From the NCBI GenBank assembly GCA_019347805.1, contig JAHWKR010000001.1, positions 88,881 through 152,880 on the forward strand: 64,000 nt of DNA, written 5' to 3'. The notes under the pieces were generated by a model. That model ran no database searches and was not told where the DNA came from. It worked only from the letters and a program-made list of their open reading frames with translations. Origin of the DNA: Methanobacteriota archaeon. Lineage in GTDB: Archaea; Thermoplasmatota; E2; JACPAO01; JAHWKR01. Positions 40,789 to 50,573 of this stretch are shown one piece after another (positions within the stretch are counted from its first letter, which is position 1; the number at the start of each line of letters is the position of its first letter). The position numbers were made by a program, and so were the translations under genes.

Positions 40789-41964
40789 CTACCGGTCGAT
40801 GTCCCCCAACACGATGTCGAGGCTGGCGAGCGACACCACGGTGTCGGCGATGGTCGAGCCTTCGACAAGGAGCGGCAGGCAATGCAGGTTGCTGAAGCTG
40901 TGGCCGCGCGCCTTGACCCGGTACGGTTTCATCGAGTTGTCCGACACGAGCCAGAAGCCGAGCTCGCCCTTCGGGGTCTCGACGCGGCCGTACGATTCCT
41001 TGTTCGGCGGCTTGGTGCGGATGATCTTGGAGCCGTCAAAGCCCTTGGCGATGATGGGTCCGTCCGGCATCTCCCGAAGCGCCTGGCGGATGATCTTGAA
41101 CGATTCCTTCATCTCGCGGATGCGCACCATGAAGCGGCCGTAGCAGTCACCGGTCGTCTCGGTGGGGACATCGAAGCGCATCCTCGGGTAGACCCCGTAC
41201 GGGTCGTCCTTGCGGATGTCGTACTCCTTGCCGGTGGCGCGCAGGACCGGTCCGGTGCAGCCGAGGGAGACCGCCTCCTCCTCGGTCATGACACCGACGC
41301 CGCGCAGGCGCATGTTGAGGATGTCGTTCTCGACGAGGAGGTCCCACATCTCCTTGTGGTGCGCCTCCAGTTCGTCCACCGTCGACTCGACGCGGTCGAA
41401 CCAGCCCTCGGGGGCATCCCACTTGACGCCGCCGAAGCGGAAATAGGTGATCGTGAGGCGGGCACCGGTCAGCTCTTCGATGAGCCCCAACACCTTCTCA
41501 CGGTCGCCGAAGGAATAGAAGAACGGCGTGATCATGCCGAGGTCGAGGCCGAACGTGCCGAGAAACAGGTAGTGCGAGGCGAGCCGCTGCAGTTCGCCGG
41601 AGACGACGCGCAGGTATTCGGCGCGTTCGGGGACCTCGATCTCATGGAGCTCCTCCATCGCCCGGGCGTAGCCCCAGTTGTTGTAGATGCCCGCGATGTA
41701 GTCCATGCGGTCCGTGATGGGCATGAACTTGATCCATTGCCCCTTCTCCGCGATCTTCTCCTTGGCGCGGTGCAGGTAACCGAGGACCGGTTCGCAGCGT
41801 TCGACCACTTCGCCGTTGAGGTGGAGCTTGAGCCGCAGGACGCCGTGCGTCGACGGGTGCTGGGGGCCCATGTTGAGATCCATGAACCGTTCGCGCCCTT
41901 CGCCTTCGAGGGTCCATGTCGTGCCGCGGGCGGCCACCTTGACCTGTTCCTGCACGACTACCAC
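40789..41964 (-). CDS. nuoD: NADH-quinone oxidoreductase subunit D (49 kDa)
   Basis: LNMGPQHPSTHGVLRL motif; ORF track start at 42135 overlaps nuoC, GTG near 41964 more likely. Confidence 0.8.
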   Translation of the reverse strand: MVVVQEQVKVAARGTTWTLEGEGRERFMDLNMGPQHPSTHGVLRLKLHLNGEVVERCEPVLGYLHRAKEKIAEKGQWIKFMPITDRMDYIAGIYNNWGYARAMEELHEIEVPERAEYLRVVSGELQRLASHYLFLGTFGLDLGMITPFFYSFGDREKVLGLIEELTGARLTITYFRFGGVKWDAPEGWFDRVESTVDELEAHHKEMWDLLVENDILNMRLRGVGVMTEEEAVSLGCTGPVLRATGKEYDIRKDDPYGVYPRMRFDVPTETTGDCYGRFMVRIREMKESFKIIRQALREMPDGPIIAKGFDGSKIIRTKPPNKESYGRVETPKGELGFWLVSDNSMKPYRVKARGHSFSNLHCLPLLVEGSTIADTVVSLASLDIVLGDIDR

Positions 41965-42617
41965 CTCCCCGGCCCGGGCGTGTCGTAGACCACGTCCTCG
42001 CCGCGTTCGTCCATGCCGATGAACTGCTCCGTCTCGTCGTAGTCCTTGAGAAGCGGATGGCCGCGCCAGCCGTCCGGGAGGAAGATGCGTTTGAGGTCGG
42101 GGTGTCCGTCGAAGCGGACGCCGAAGAGGTCCCATGCCTCGCGCTCATGCCAGTTGGCACCGGTCCAGAGCGGCGTGACGCTCGCCACGCGCTTGGCACC
42201 GTCGCGGTCGAGGTGCGCCTTGACGACGAGGTGACGACCGGTGGAGTAGGAGTAGAGCTGCCAGTGCATCTCGAGGATGCCTTCCTTCGGGTAATCGCAG
42301 CAGGAGACGAACGAGAGGTGCTCGAAGCCGAGCGTCTTCTTGGCGTGGGACAGAACGTCGAGGGCGCGGTCGGGGTGGATGTAGACCACCGGTTTTCCGG
42401 ACAGGTCGCCGTCGGAGACGATGTCGTTCCCGAACGCTTCCTTGAGCGGGTCGACGTCGTCGGTGTACGCCGGCATGTAGTGCATGGCGGGGAACGGCCA
42501 TTCCTTCGCCTTCGGGTCCTCCTTCTCCTTCGCGGTGGAGGTCCAGATGGCACCCGGGGCGCGGCCTGGCTCCTCGACGTCCTTCTCGGCCGCCGATTTT
42601 TCCTCCAGGTCGCCCAT
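41958..42617 (-). CDS. nuoC: NADH-quinone oxidoreductase subunit C (30 kDa)
   Basis: 219 aa; ATGA overlap with nuoB stop. Confidence 0.8.
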   Translation of the reverse strand: MGDLEEKSAAEKDVEEPGRAPGAIWTSTAKEKEDPKAKEWPFPAMHYMPAYTDDVDPLKEAFGNDIVSDGDLSGKPVVYIHPDRALDVLSHAKKTLGFEHLSFVSCCDYPKEGILEMHWQLYSYSTGRHLVVKAHLDRDGAKRVASVTPLWTGANWHEREAWDLFGVRFDGHPDLKRIFLPDGWRGHPLLKDYDETEQFIGMDERGEDVVYDTPGPGRW

Positions 42618-43174
42618 CAGACCCCTCCCTTGCTACCGTCGCGGCCTTCGAGCGCCTCACGGCGGCGGAAGCGCGGTTTGAGCATGCGCGGGTCGGCGCG
42701 GATCTTCTCCTGGAGCTTCATGAGGCCCCAGAGGAGCGCTTCGGGGCGCGGCGGGCAGCCGGGGACGTATACGTCCACCGGGATGGCCTTGTCGACGCCC
42801 ATCACGACCGAGTAGGCTTCCTGGTAGGGGCCGCCGTTCGTGGCGCAGGCGCCCATGGAGATGACCCACTTGGGGTCGGCCATCTGGTCGTAGAGGTTCT
42901 TGATACGGGGCACCATGCGCTTGCAGCAGGTGCCCGGGACGATCATGAGGTCGGCCTGCCGGGGCGAACCGCGGTTGACCTCGCTCCCGAAGCGGGCCAT
43001 GTCGTAGTAGGAGTTCTGCGCCGCCATCATCTCGATGGCGCAGCAGGCGAGGCCGAAGGTGAGCGGCCAGAGCGAGTTGGAGCGCCCCCACTTGATGGCC
43101 TTGTCCAGGGTGGTGAGGATGTAGCCCTGCTCCTCCTGGTCGTGCCGGCCGATGATGCGTTCGACTTGGTCCAT
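42617..43174 (-). CDS. nuoB: NADH-quinone oxidoreductase subunit B (20 kDa, N2 cluster)
   Basis: [25 protein letters not shown] motifs. Confidence 0.85.
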   Translation of the reverse strand: MDQVERIIGRHDQEEQGYILTTLDKAIKWGRSNSLWPLTFGLACCAIEMMAAQNSYYDMARFGSEVNRGSPRQADLMIVPGTCCKRMVPRIKNLYDQMADPKWVISMGACATNGGPYQEAYSVVMGVDKAIPVDVYVPGCPPRPEALLWGLMKLQEKIRADPRMLKPRFRRREALEGRDGSKGGV

Positions 43175-43186
43175 ACAGGGTTCACC

Positions 43187-43555
43187 TCATTTGACCCACT
43201 CGAGCTCGCCGTTCTTGAGCGCGTAGAACCAGGCGAACAGGAGGGTCGCGACGAAGATGCCGATGACCACGAGGCCGTGGGTGCCGAGCTCGGTGAAGCG
43301 CATCGCCCACGGGAGAAGGAACATCGCCTCGACGTCCAGGATGAGGAAATTGATGATGTAGAGGTAGTATTGGACGTTCATCGGGCCGCGGTTCGACCCG
43401 ATCGGCACTTCTCCGCACTCGTAAGGCAGCGCCTTGATGCGGTTCGGCTTCCAGGGCTGCAGCACTTTCGGTGCGAAGATGGTGACGAAGATCAGGAGGG
43501 TGCTGACGACCCCCAAGATCACGACGGGCATGTATGCGTCGAAAAGACTTGCCAA
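43187..43555 (-). CDS. nuoA: NADH-quinone oxidoreductase subunit A
   Basis: 122 aa, 3 TM, first gene of the operon. Confidence 0.8.
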   Translation of the reverse strand: MASLFDAYMPVVILGVVSTLLIFVTIFAPKVLQPWKPNRIKALPYECGEVPIGSNRGPMNVQYYLYIINFLILDVEAMFLLPWAMRFTELGTHGLVVIGIFVATLLFAWFYALKNGELEWVK

Positions 43556-43769
43556 GACCGTCCCTCCTCCCCAGATAGTCCTTTATATGCTGGGGCAGGC
43601 AGTTGTGCCGGAAAGGCTTGCCCTATTTGAGCGTTGGGATGCACTTCAGGAGGGTGTGACCGAGACCCAGGTCTGTGGTACGGGTCGAGCCTTGGCCGCC
43701 CGCCCTGATCGGCGCCCTCACCCGTCCACCGGCACAACGCCTATCCCCGGAAGAGGCGTCGCCGGCCCG

Positions 43770-44693
43770 ATGCGTCCCACCCGGTATCCGTTCCTCCTTC
43801 TGGCCCTCGCCCTCCTCCTCTCCGGCTGCACCACGCCCGGGCCCGGCGAGCCGGGGGAGACCTTCGGCCCCGAGACGGGCGATGACAAGGTCATCCGGAG
43901 CGATGAGGTCTACGTGCCGGTCGACTCGGTCCCGGACATCCATGGCATCGGCGTCGATGCCGAGCGGCCCGACATCCTCTACGTCGCCACCCACCATGGC
44001 CTCGTGCGGGCGGTGAACGACACCGATTGGGCGCGTGTCGGGACGCTCCGGAACGACTACATGGGCTTCACCGCCCACCCGGAGGAGGGGGGGACCTTCT
44101 GGGTCAGCGGGCATCCCTCCGAGGGCGGCAACATGGGGGTCCGTCACAGCACGGACGGCGGCTTCACCTGGCGCACCCTCGCCTTGAAAGGCGTCGATTT
44201 CCACGCCCTCACCGTGAGCCCTGCCGACCCCGACCGCCTCTGGGGCCACTTCCAGGGGAAGATCTACGCCTCGAACGACGGCGGGCACCATTGGACCATC
44301 GTCTCCGACGCGCCCCGGCCGGTCCTCGCCCTTGCCGGCGACCCGAGCGACGCGGACACCGTCTGGGCACCGGGGACACAAGGCCTGGACAAGAGCACGG
44401 ATGGCGGCGAGACCTGGAGCAGCGTGCACGACCGGCCGACGGCGACGCTCGCCGTCGACCCCCATGCCCCGGACACCCTGTTCGCCTCCTTCTCCGAGGG
44501 CCTCTTCCGCTCCACCGATGGCGGGACCACCTGGAGCGAGACCGGCTTGACGATCGGTGAGGACACCGTCGGTTACCTCGCCTTCGACCCCTCCACAGAA
44601 GGCGTCCTTTATGCGGCGACCTACCGGACGGCCATCCACAAGACCACCGACGGCGGCGAGAACTGGAGCCAGGTGCGGGAAGCGGGGCGCTGA
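43770..44693 (+). CDS. BNR/Ycf48-like beta-propeller lipoprotein
   Basis: Lipobox LLLSGC; repeated S(T/N)DGGxxW motifs (STDGGFTW, SNDGGHHW, STDGGETW, STDGGTTW, TTDGGENW); ATG at 43770. Confidence 0.65.
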   Translation: MRPTRYPFLLLALALLLSGCTTPGPGEPGETFGPETGDDKVIRSDEVYVPVDSVPDIHGIGVDAERPDILYVATHHGLVRAVNDTDWARVGTLRNDYMGFTAHPEEGGTFWVSGHPSEGGNMGVRHSTDGGFTWRTLALKGVDFHALTVSPADPDRLWGHFQGKIYASNDGGHHWTIVSDAPRPVLALAGDPSDADTVWAPGTQGLDKSTDGGETWSSVHDRPTATLAVDPHAPDTLFASFSEGLFRSTDGGTTWSETGLTIGEDTVGYLAFDPSTEGVLYAATYRTAIHKTTDGGENWSQVREAGR

Positions 44694-44696
44694 TCC

Positions 44697-46160
44697 TCAG
44701 CGTTCGTCGCTGACCGGCCGTGCCTGCACCCGCATCATCGCCCGACCGGGACCGGCCACGAGCACCTCCTCCTGGACCGCCCACACCGGTGCCGGCGCCG
44801 GGTCGTAGCGACTTCGTGCCGCTCGCCGTGCCTGTGCGGCACGGAGCGCGGTGCGCCGTCGCCGTTTGTCGCGACGGGCCGTAAAGATGCGCACCGAGAC
44901 GACGACGACGAGGACGAGGAGGGTAAGGGCGACCATGATGCGGCCCCAGGCCAATCCGCCTTCGCCGACATCGATCGTCGCGACGGCGGCGTCGACGCGC
45001 AACGCGCCGGCACCGGCCGCTTCGCTCGGGCCCGCGGGGACGGCGGTGGCCTGAAGGACGGCGCGCATGCGTTCGGTATGCCCGCCGCGTCCGCCTTCCG
45101 CCGAGAGTCCTTTGAGCGAAGGGTCGGCCTCCATCATGAGCGCGACCGTGCCGGCCACCATGGGGGACGCCATCGAGGTGCCGCCGAGGGCGAGATAGCC
45201 GTCCTGTGAGCCGTCTACGGTGTCATGTGTCTTGGGGAACGTCGAGAGGATGATCCCCGGAGCGACGAGGTCGGGTTTGCCGCTCTCAGGGGCGCCGCGG
45301 TTGGAGAAGGTGGCCACGTGGCCCGCACCATCGAGGGCGCCGACGGTGATGACCTCGCGCATCGTCCCGGGGAAGGTCACCTGGTCGTGCGCCGAATCGG
45401 GGTCGTGGTTGCCGGCGGCGACCACCACCACGGCGCCCATGTCGTAGGCGGTGCGGATGGCATCCTCGAGCACTTTCGTCTCGGAAGCGGAACGGGAGGC
45501 GACCGTGGGGAGCCCGAACGGCAGGTCGTCGCCGTCGCCTTCGGGGGTCTCGATGCCGATGGAGAGGTTGATCACATGCGCGCCGTCGGAGGGGTCGCCG
45601 TCGCCGTTGGGGTCGAGGGCCCAGCGCACCGCCGCGGCGACGGTGGTGGCGTCGCCGTTGCCGTCGCGGTCCATCGCCTTGGCGACGAGGAGTTCGACGC
45701 CGGGTGCGACACCGGTCGCGCCGAACGGGAAATAGTGGGCGAACGGGTCGGGTTGGAGGTGCCCGCGGGCCGCGATGATGCCGGCGACGTGCGTGCCGTG
45801 CGCGTCATCGTCGTAGGGTGTCGGACGTGCCTCGAGGAAGTCGCGCCAGCCCACCACGGAGCCGCGCAGGTCGGGGTGGGTGGCGTCGATGCCGGTGTCG
45901 ATGATGGCGACGCGGACCCCGTTGCCGCGCACCGGTTCGACCCAGAACGGGCGAGCGGTCCATTCGGCGTCCACGGCGCCGGCGTCCCAGCGGGCACCGA
46001 GGAGCGTGTCGGCGACGTAGTGGCGGGTCTTGGGGCCGACGAGCCCGTCGTGGGCGTCGGCGAGGACGAACGGCGCCGCCAGGAGCAGCACCAGTCCGAC
46101 CGCTTCGAACCAGCGCCGGGGGCGGCCCTTGACACGCCTTCGGGTCGTCGCGCTCGGCAC
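44697..46160 (-). CDS. Membrane-anchored subtilisin-like serine protease (S8)
   Basis: AIIDTGIDATHPDL, HGTHVAGIIAA, GTSMASPMVAGT catalytic triad motifs; C-terminal TM helix plus RRDKRRRR. Confidence 0.8.
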   Translation of the reverse strand: MPSATTRRRVKGRPRRWFEAVGLVLLLAAPFVLADAHDGLVGPKTRHYVADTLLGARWDAGAVDAEWTARPFWVEPVRGNGVRVAIIDTGIDATHPDLRGSVVGWRDFLEARPTPYDDDAHGTHVAGIIAARGHLQPDPFAHYFPFGATGVAPGVELLVAKAMDRDGNGDATTVAAAVRWALDPNGDGDPSDGAHVINLSIGIETPEGDGDDLPFGLPTVASRSASETKVLEDAIRTAYDMGAVVVVAAGNHDPDSAHDQVTFPGTMREVITVGALDGAGHVATFSNRGAPESGKPDLVAPGIILSTFPKTHDTVDGSQDGYLALGGTSMASPMVAGTVALMMEADPSLKGLSAEGGRGGHTERMRAVLQATAVPAGPSEAAGAGALRVDAAVATIDVGEGGLAWGRIMVALTLLVLVVVVSVRIFTARRDKRRRRTALRAAQARRAARSRYDPAPAPVWAVQEEVLVAGPGRAMMRVQARPVSDER

Positions 46161-46363
46161 GACTCTCCCTTGAAGGGGGCTTTAGATAGCGCTTCGCCGA
46201 GGTGTCGCGGTCCGTCCGCTCCGGGTCGCCTTCCTGGCCCTTGGCCGCTTGGCACCTTCGGGCCTGCCCACGGCTCGCTCCGACCTCCGATTCGCTTATT
46301 GCGGAGACGTGTCTCGCGCCGTCCGTGCCCCTCGAGCCTGTCGCTCCGGAGCTGCACCATCCT

Positions 46364-47044
46364 GTGCCGTCATGGCGGCCGCTCGTCACGGTCAACGCCG
46401 CCGTTTCGCTCGATGGCCGCATCGCCGGGCGCGGCGGCCGCACCTTGCGTCTGTCGGACCGGGAGGACCTGGGGCGGGTGCACCGCATGCGGGCGGTCCA
46501 TGACGCCATCCTGGTCGGGATCGGGACGGTGCTCGCGGACGACCCGGCGCTTGTCATCAAGCATGAGTATCACGCCGAGGGGGGGCGCGATCCGATGCGG
46601 GTGGTGCTCGATTCGCATCATCGGACGCCGCTCACCGCCCGGGTCGCCTCCGGCACACCGCCGACCCTGATCTATTCGGTCGGTGCCGAGGACCGCATCG
46701 AGCGGTTGCGCAAGATGCACGGCGTCGAGGTGGTGGCGTGTCCGCGCGACGCTTCGGGTCGTGTCGATCTCAAGGCGGCGCTCGGCGACCTCAAGGCGCG
46801 CGGCATCGAGAGCCTCATGGTGGAGGGGGGTTCGCGTGTCTTGGCGAGTTTCTTCCGCGCCGGCTTCGTCGACCGTGTGACGCTCTTCGTGGCGCCGGTC
46901 CTGGTCGGGGAGGGGGCGCCGCCGCTCGTCGCCGTCGATGCGGAGGATTCGGGGACGCCGCTTGCCGGTTTCACGCTCGTGCATGCGACGGGGCGCCCTT
47001 CGGGTGCCGTGGTCCACCTGCTACCGGACAAGGCTCCGAGGTGA
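46364..47044 (+). CDS. RibD C-terminal-domain reductase (archaeal 2,5-diamino-6-ribosylamino-pyrimidinone 5-phosphate reductase-like)
   Basis: DHFR-like motifs LVTVNAAVSLDGRIA, ILVGIGTVLADDP, LMVEGGSRVL; start GTG 46364 inferred. Confidence 0.65.
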   Translation: MPSWRPLVTVNAAVSLDGRIAGRGGRTLRLSDREDLGRVHRMRAVHDAILVGIGTVLADDPALVIKHEYHAEGGRDPMRVVLDSHHRTPLTARVASGTPPTLIYSVGAEDRIERLRKMHGVEVVACPRDASGRVDLKAALGDLKARGIESLMVEGGSRVLASFFRAGFVDRVTLFVAPVLVGEGAPPLVAVDAEDSGTPLAGFTLVHATGRPSGAVVHLLPDKAPR

Positions 47045-47048
47045 TGGC

Positions 47049-47558
47049 GTGGAGCCGCGACCCCGTTTTTTGGCCGATGCCATGTTGGGGGATATCGCCC
47101 GTTGGTTGCGCATCCTGGGTGAGGATTGTCTCTATGCCGACCCGGCATGGTCCGACGAGGAGGTCCGCAAGGCGGCCCGTCCGGAGGACCGCATCATCGT
47201 CACACGTGACACGGAGCTCGTGAACGCGGCGCGACGGGAAGCGTTGCGGGCCATCGAGGTGCCGCAGGCACCGACCGAGGAGGTGCTCGAAGAAGTCTAT
47301 CGCGGGACGGGCCTGCTGCCCGACCCGGAGCGCATGACGACCCGTTGTTCGCTCTGCAACGGCCGACTCGAGAAGACGGACGAGGTGGGGGCGCGCAAGG
47401 CGGCCGACATCGTGCGGCCCGAGACTCCGCTCGAGCGGGTCTTCGCGCGGCATGACACGTTCTGGGTCTGCATCGCGTGTGGCCAACTCTATTGGCGGGG
47501 CACCCATTGGGACGAGATCGCGCGCGTACGGCAGCGTCTCGAAGAACGGCTCAGATGA
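47049..47558 (+). CDS. Mut7-C (DUF82) PIN-like nuclease with C-terminal zinc ribbon
   Basis: FLADAMLGDIARWLRILG N-terminus typical of Mut7-C; CSLCNGRL...CIACGQLYW zinc ribbon; start uncertain (GTG 47049, TTG 47070 or ATG 47082). Confidence 0.6.
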   Translation: MEPRPRFLADAMLGDIARWLRILGEDCLYADPAWSDEEVRKAARPEDRIIVTRDTELVNAARREALRAIEVPQAPTEEVLEEVYRGTGLLPDPERMTTRCSLCNGRLEKTDEVGARKAADIVRPETPLERVFARHDTFWVCIACGQLYWRGTHWDEIARVRQRLEERLR

Positions 47559-48915
47559 GCATCGTGCTGCCGGCGGGGGTCTCGAGGCGCCGCTCGGTGA
47601 CCTCGCCGGTCATGCCGTCCACTTCGACCTCGCCGTTGACGCCGACGAAACACCAGACCGGGCACCAGTGCAGGCCGCGGTCCTCGATGCGGACGTCGTC
47701 GCGGTGGGCGCGCACGCGGCGCTTCTCGGTGATCATGATGTCGAGGGCGCGGTCGAAGTCCTCGACCGTGATCTGCCGGGCGGTCTCTTCGAGGATGCTT
47801 TCGAGGACCAAGTCGCGTGCCTTCTCGGTCTCGAGGCGCACCGGTTTGTGGTCGACGGCGACGTCGAAGGTGCCTTCGCGCAGGTGCCGGGGGCTGTCCC
47901 AGGTCTTCGGCGCGTGGACGTCGCGCGTGGCGAGGTCGACGACGCGGTGGCCGGCGAGCGTCGTCGTCTCGACGCGGCCTTCGACGAACGCTTCGACGGT
48001 CCAGTCGAAGACCCGCTTGGGGTGGTAGCGAAGATAGGTGTGGTCGATGGTGTAGATGAGGTCGCGTGCCTTCTTGGCGGCGCTCTCTTTCGACACGCCG
48101 GGGGCGACGAGGGCGCCGTCGGTGGGGTTGAAGACGCGCGGGTCGGGGCCGGTGCCGCGGCCGTGGCGTCGTGCGCCGCCCATCGCGGCGAGGCTCGCAA
48201 GGCCGGTCGGCCGGTCGGGCGCGCGCGGGGCGTCTTCCCGTTGGCGGCCGGTCTGGAGCACCCAGCCACGGCCATGTTCGGTGCCGGTGGTGACCGCCAC
48301 GGGGGTGGGGGTCGATGAGGTGTAGGACGGAGCGGGGACCTCCTCGCTCGCGTCGTCAGCGAACAGGAAGCCCATTGGGTCGGCCGCTTCGGCCGGTGGC
48401 GTGGCGGGGGTCTCGGCCTCCGGCGCGGCTTCGGCCATGAAGGGGAACATCGCTTCCGGCTCCGCCGCAGGCTCGGTCTCCGTCATGGGTTCCGGTGCGT
48501 GCCGCGGGCTGATGCCGAGCACTTCGGCGACAGGGGGGTCGTGGCGGTCGCCGAGGACCTCGAAGAGGACGGCGCGGCCGATGGCCGCCTCGATGGCGTC
48601 ACGGTCCCAGAGGATCGTCTTCGTGCGCGTGGCGTGGTGGTAAGCGGCGTCGGTGAACCCGGCGGGGGAGACGATGAGGCCGTAGTAGGCGCCGACGTCG
48701 TGGACCATGCGGGCGTGCCGGTCGACCGCGTCGAGGTCGATGGCGCCGGGGTCGGGTGTGACGGCGACGAGCACGTCCATCCCGCTTTTCTCGGCGATGA
48801 GGTCGACCTCGTATCGGGCTCGGCTCATGCCTTCGGGGGAAGCGGGTCGGGTGGTGTCGAACCCATAGGTCCGGAACACCTCCCCGAGCACGTCGACCAG
48901 GCGCGCGTTGGGCAT
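47551..48915 (-). CDS. Hypothetical protein: N-terminal Mrr-like PD-(D/E)xK restriction-endonuclease-fold domain, Pro/Glu/Ala-rich linker, unknown C-terminal domain
   Basis: YEVDLIAEKSGMDVLVAVTPDPGAIDLDAVDRHARMVHDVGAYYGLIVSPAGFTDAA resembles the Mrr catalytic core. Confidence 0.45.
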   Translation of the reverse strand: MPNARLVDVLGEVFRTYGFDTTRPASPEGMSRARYEVDLIAEKSGMDVLVAVTPDPGAIDLDAVDRHARMVHDVGAYYGLIVSPAGFTDAAYHHATRTKTILWDRDAIEAAIGRAVLFEVLGDRHDPPVAEVLGISPRHAPEPMTETEPAAEPEAMFPFMAEAAPEAETPATPPAEAADPMGFLFADDASEEVPAPSYTSSTPTPVAVTTGTEHGRGWVLQTGRQREDAPRAPDRPTGLASLAAMGGARRHGRGTGPDPRVFNPTDGALVAPGVSKESAAKKARDLIYTIDHTYLRYHPKRVFDWTVEAFVEGRVETTTLAGHRVVDLATRDVHAPKTWDSPRHLREGTFDVAVDHKPVRLETEKARDLVLESILEETARQITVEDFDRALDIMITEKRRVRAHRDDVRIEDRGLHWCPVWCFVGVNGEVEVDGMTGEVTERRLETPAGSTMLI

Positions 48916-49053
48916 CGGGAGACCACCGTCCGGTCCAGGTTAAAAAGCAGGGGGTTAGGCCGCGCGGACAAGAAGAGCGAGGGTCGGGACGGGGTGTCCC
49001 GGGATGGTCCGTGCAGCGGGTGGGGAAGGAGAGGGTCCGGTGTCTGGGTCGGC

Positions 49054-49278
49054 CTAGTCACCGGGCCATTCGTCACGGATCGCCTTGTTGTAGAGGAGGT
49101 ATTCCGTCTGGCACGTTTCGTTGTCCGTGATGTGCTGGTGGAACGCGCCGGGGTCCTCGATGCCGTCCCAGCCGCGCAGTTCCTTGCTGCAGAACATGCA
49201 GGCGGGGGCGCCGTCACCGGCGCTTTGTTCGAGGTGGATGTGTTCGTTGTCGGGTCCGAGGGTGGTTCGTGCATCCAT
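49054..49278 (-). CDS. Possible small Cys/His-containing protein
   Basis: MDARTTLGPDNEHIHLEQSAGDGAPACMFCSKELRGWDGIEDPGAFHQHITDNETCQTEY; weak, short. Confidence 0.25.
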   Translation of the reverse strand: MDARTTLGPDNEHIHLEQSAGDGAPACMFCSKELRGWDGIEDPGAFHQHITDNETCQTEYLLYNKAIRDEWPGD

Positions 49279-49565
49279 GATGATCACCGGGCCCTTCTGG
49301 CCTCGCTTCTGGTATCGTCGGGGTCGGATATAACGGTTCAGTCCGACGGGCGGTCGGTGTGACACGCTGTAGCTGACCGGTTGCAGGAGAATAGTGCCCC
49401 TTTGTGCAGATTGATGTTCAAGATGAAGCAATATCGTCGGCCTCGACCTGTATGAGCAATACAGGCCGGAGGGGCGATTTGTGTCCATCATCGGCGGCTC
49501 GGGGGTCGTCGCGGAGGCTGCCGAACGCCTCTTACGCGCCGTTTTTGCTGGCCCGATCACGACGT

Positions 49566-50528
49566 TCACGGCTCGGCGTCCGCTGTCAAGGTCGGTGTCC
49601 GGCCGACGGCGCCCACGTCGTCAGTGGTCGCCGTGCGTTGGGCCCACACCCAGGCGAGGAGGCCGCCGGTGAGGAACATCGCCAGGCTGTAGAAGCCGGG
49701 CATGAGCGCGGCCCGTGTCGAGTCGAGTTGGGTGACGGCGAGGAGGATGGCGAAGGTGCCGTTCTGGAAGCCGACCTCGATGACCGCGGTGCGCGTTTGG
49801 GCGATGCCGAGTCGGAACAGGCGGGCGACGAGGAAGCCGCCACCCATGGCGAGCAGGTTGAGCGTCAAGGCGGCCGGGACCGTCGCGGCGACGTTGCCCC
49901 AGAAACCGGCCCGGTTCTGTGCGATGATGCCGGAGATCAGCACGACGAGGACGAGGATGCTGAAGACGCGCAGCGGCCGGTCGACGACCGCGACGAGGCG
50001 CGGGAACCAGTGGCCGAGGACCATGCCGAGGAGCACCGGACCGGCGACGACGGCCGCGGACAGTTCCACGATGGCGGAGAATGGGATGGCGATCGCTTCC
50101 GTGCTGCCGTAGAGGGCGTTCGTGGTGAGCCAGAAGATGACGGGCGCGAAGAGGAAGCTGCCGAGCGAGGTGATGGCGGTGAGGGTGACCGAGAGGGCGG
50201 TGTCGCCGCGCGCCAGCCAGGTCAGCATGTTGCTCGTCGCACCGCCGGGGACCGCGGCAAGAAGCAGTAGACCGAGAGCGAGCGGGTATTCCAGTCCGAA
50301 GGCGACGACGAAGAGCACCACCACCAGCGAGGCGGCGAGCGGCAGGAGGACCAGTTGTCCGATGAGCCCGGCAAGGACACCGCGTGGCTGGCGGAAGAGC
50401 AGGCGGAAGTCGGAAAATCGCAGACCGAGGCCGACGCCGAGCATGATGATGCCGAGGACGATCGGCAGCAGGATGTCGGTGAGCGAGGAGGTCTCCAGGG
50501 CCCCCTGCCCCGCTTGGTTCAGGTCCAC
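49566..50528 (-). CDS. Bile acid:sodium symporter (BASS) family transporter
   Basis: 10 TM, AAVPGGATSNMLTWLARGD signature. Confidence 0.75.
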   Translation of the reverse strand: MDLNQAGQGALETSSLTDILLPIVLGIIMLGVGLGLRFSDFRLLFRQPRGVLAGLIGQLVLLPLAASLVVVLFVVAFGLEYPLALGLLLLAAVPGGATSNMLTWLARGDTALSVTLTAITSLGSFLFAPVIFWLTTNALYGSTEAIAIPFSAIVELSAAVVAGPVLLGMVLGHWFPRLVAVVDRPLRVFSILVLVVLISGIIAQNRAGFWGNVAATVPAALTLNLLAMGGGFLVARLFRLGIAQTRTAVIEVGFQNGTFAILLAVTQLDSTRAALMPGFYSLAMFLTGGLLAWVWAQRTATTDDVGAVGRTPTLTADAEP

Positions 50529-50573
50529 CGTCTATGGGAGGCCCCACTGGGGATAAAAACCGATGGGGGCCGC

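Noticed and set aside
40168-41988. 606-aa plus-strand ORF inside nuoH/nuoD
   Set aside because: Antisense shadow; nuoD/nuoH motifs are unambiguous on the minus strand.
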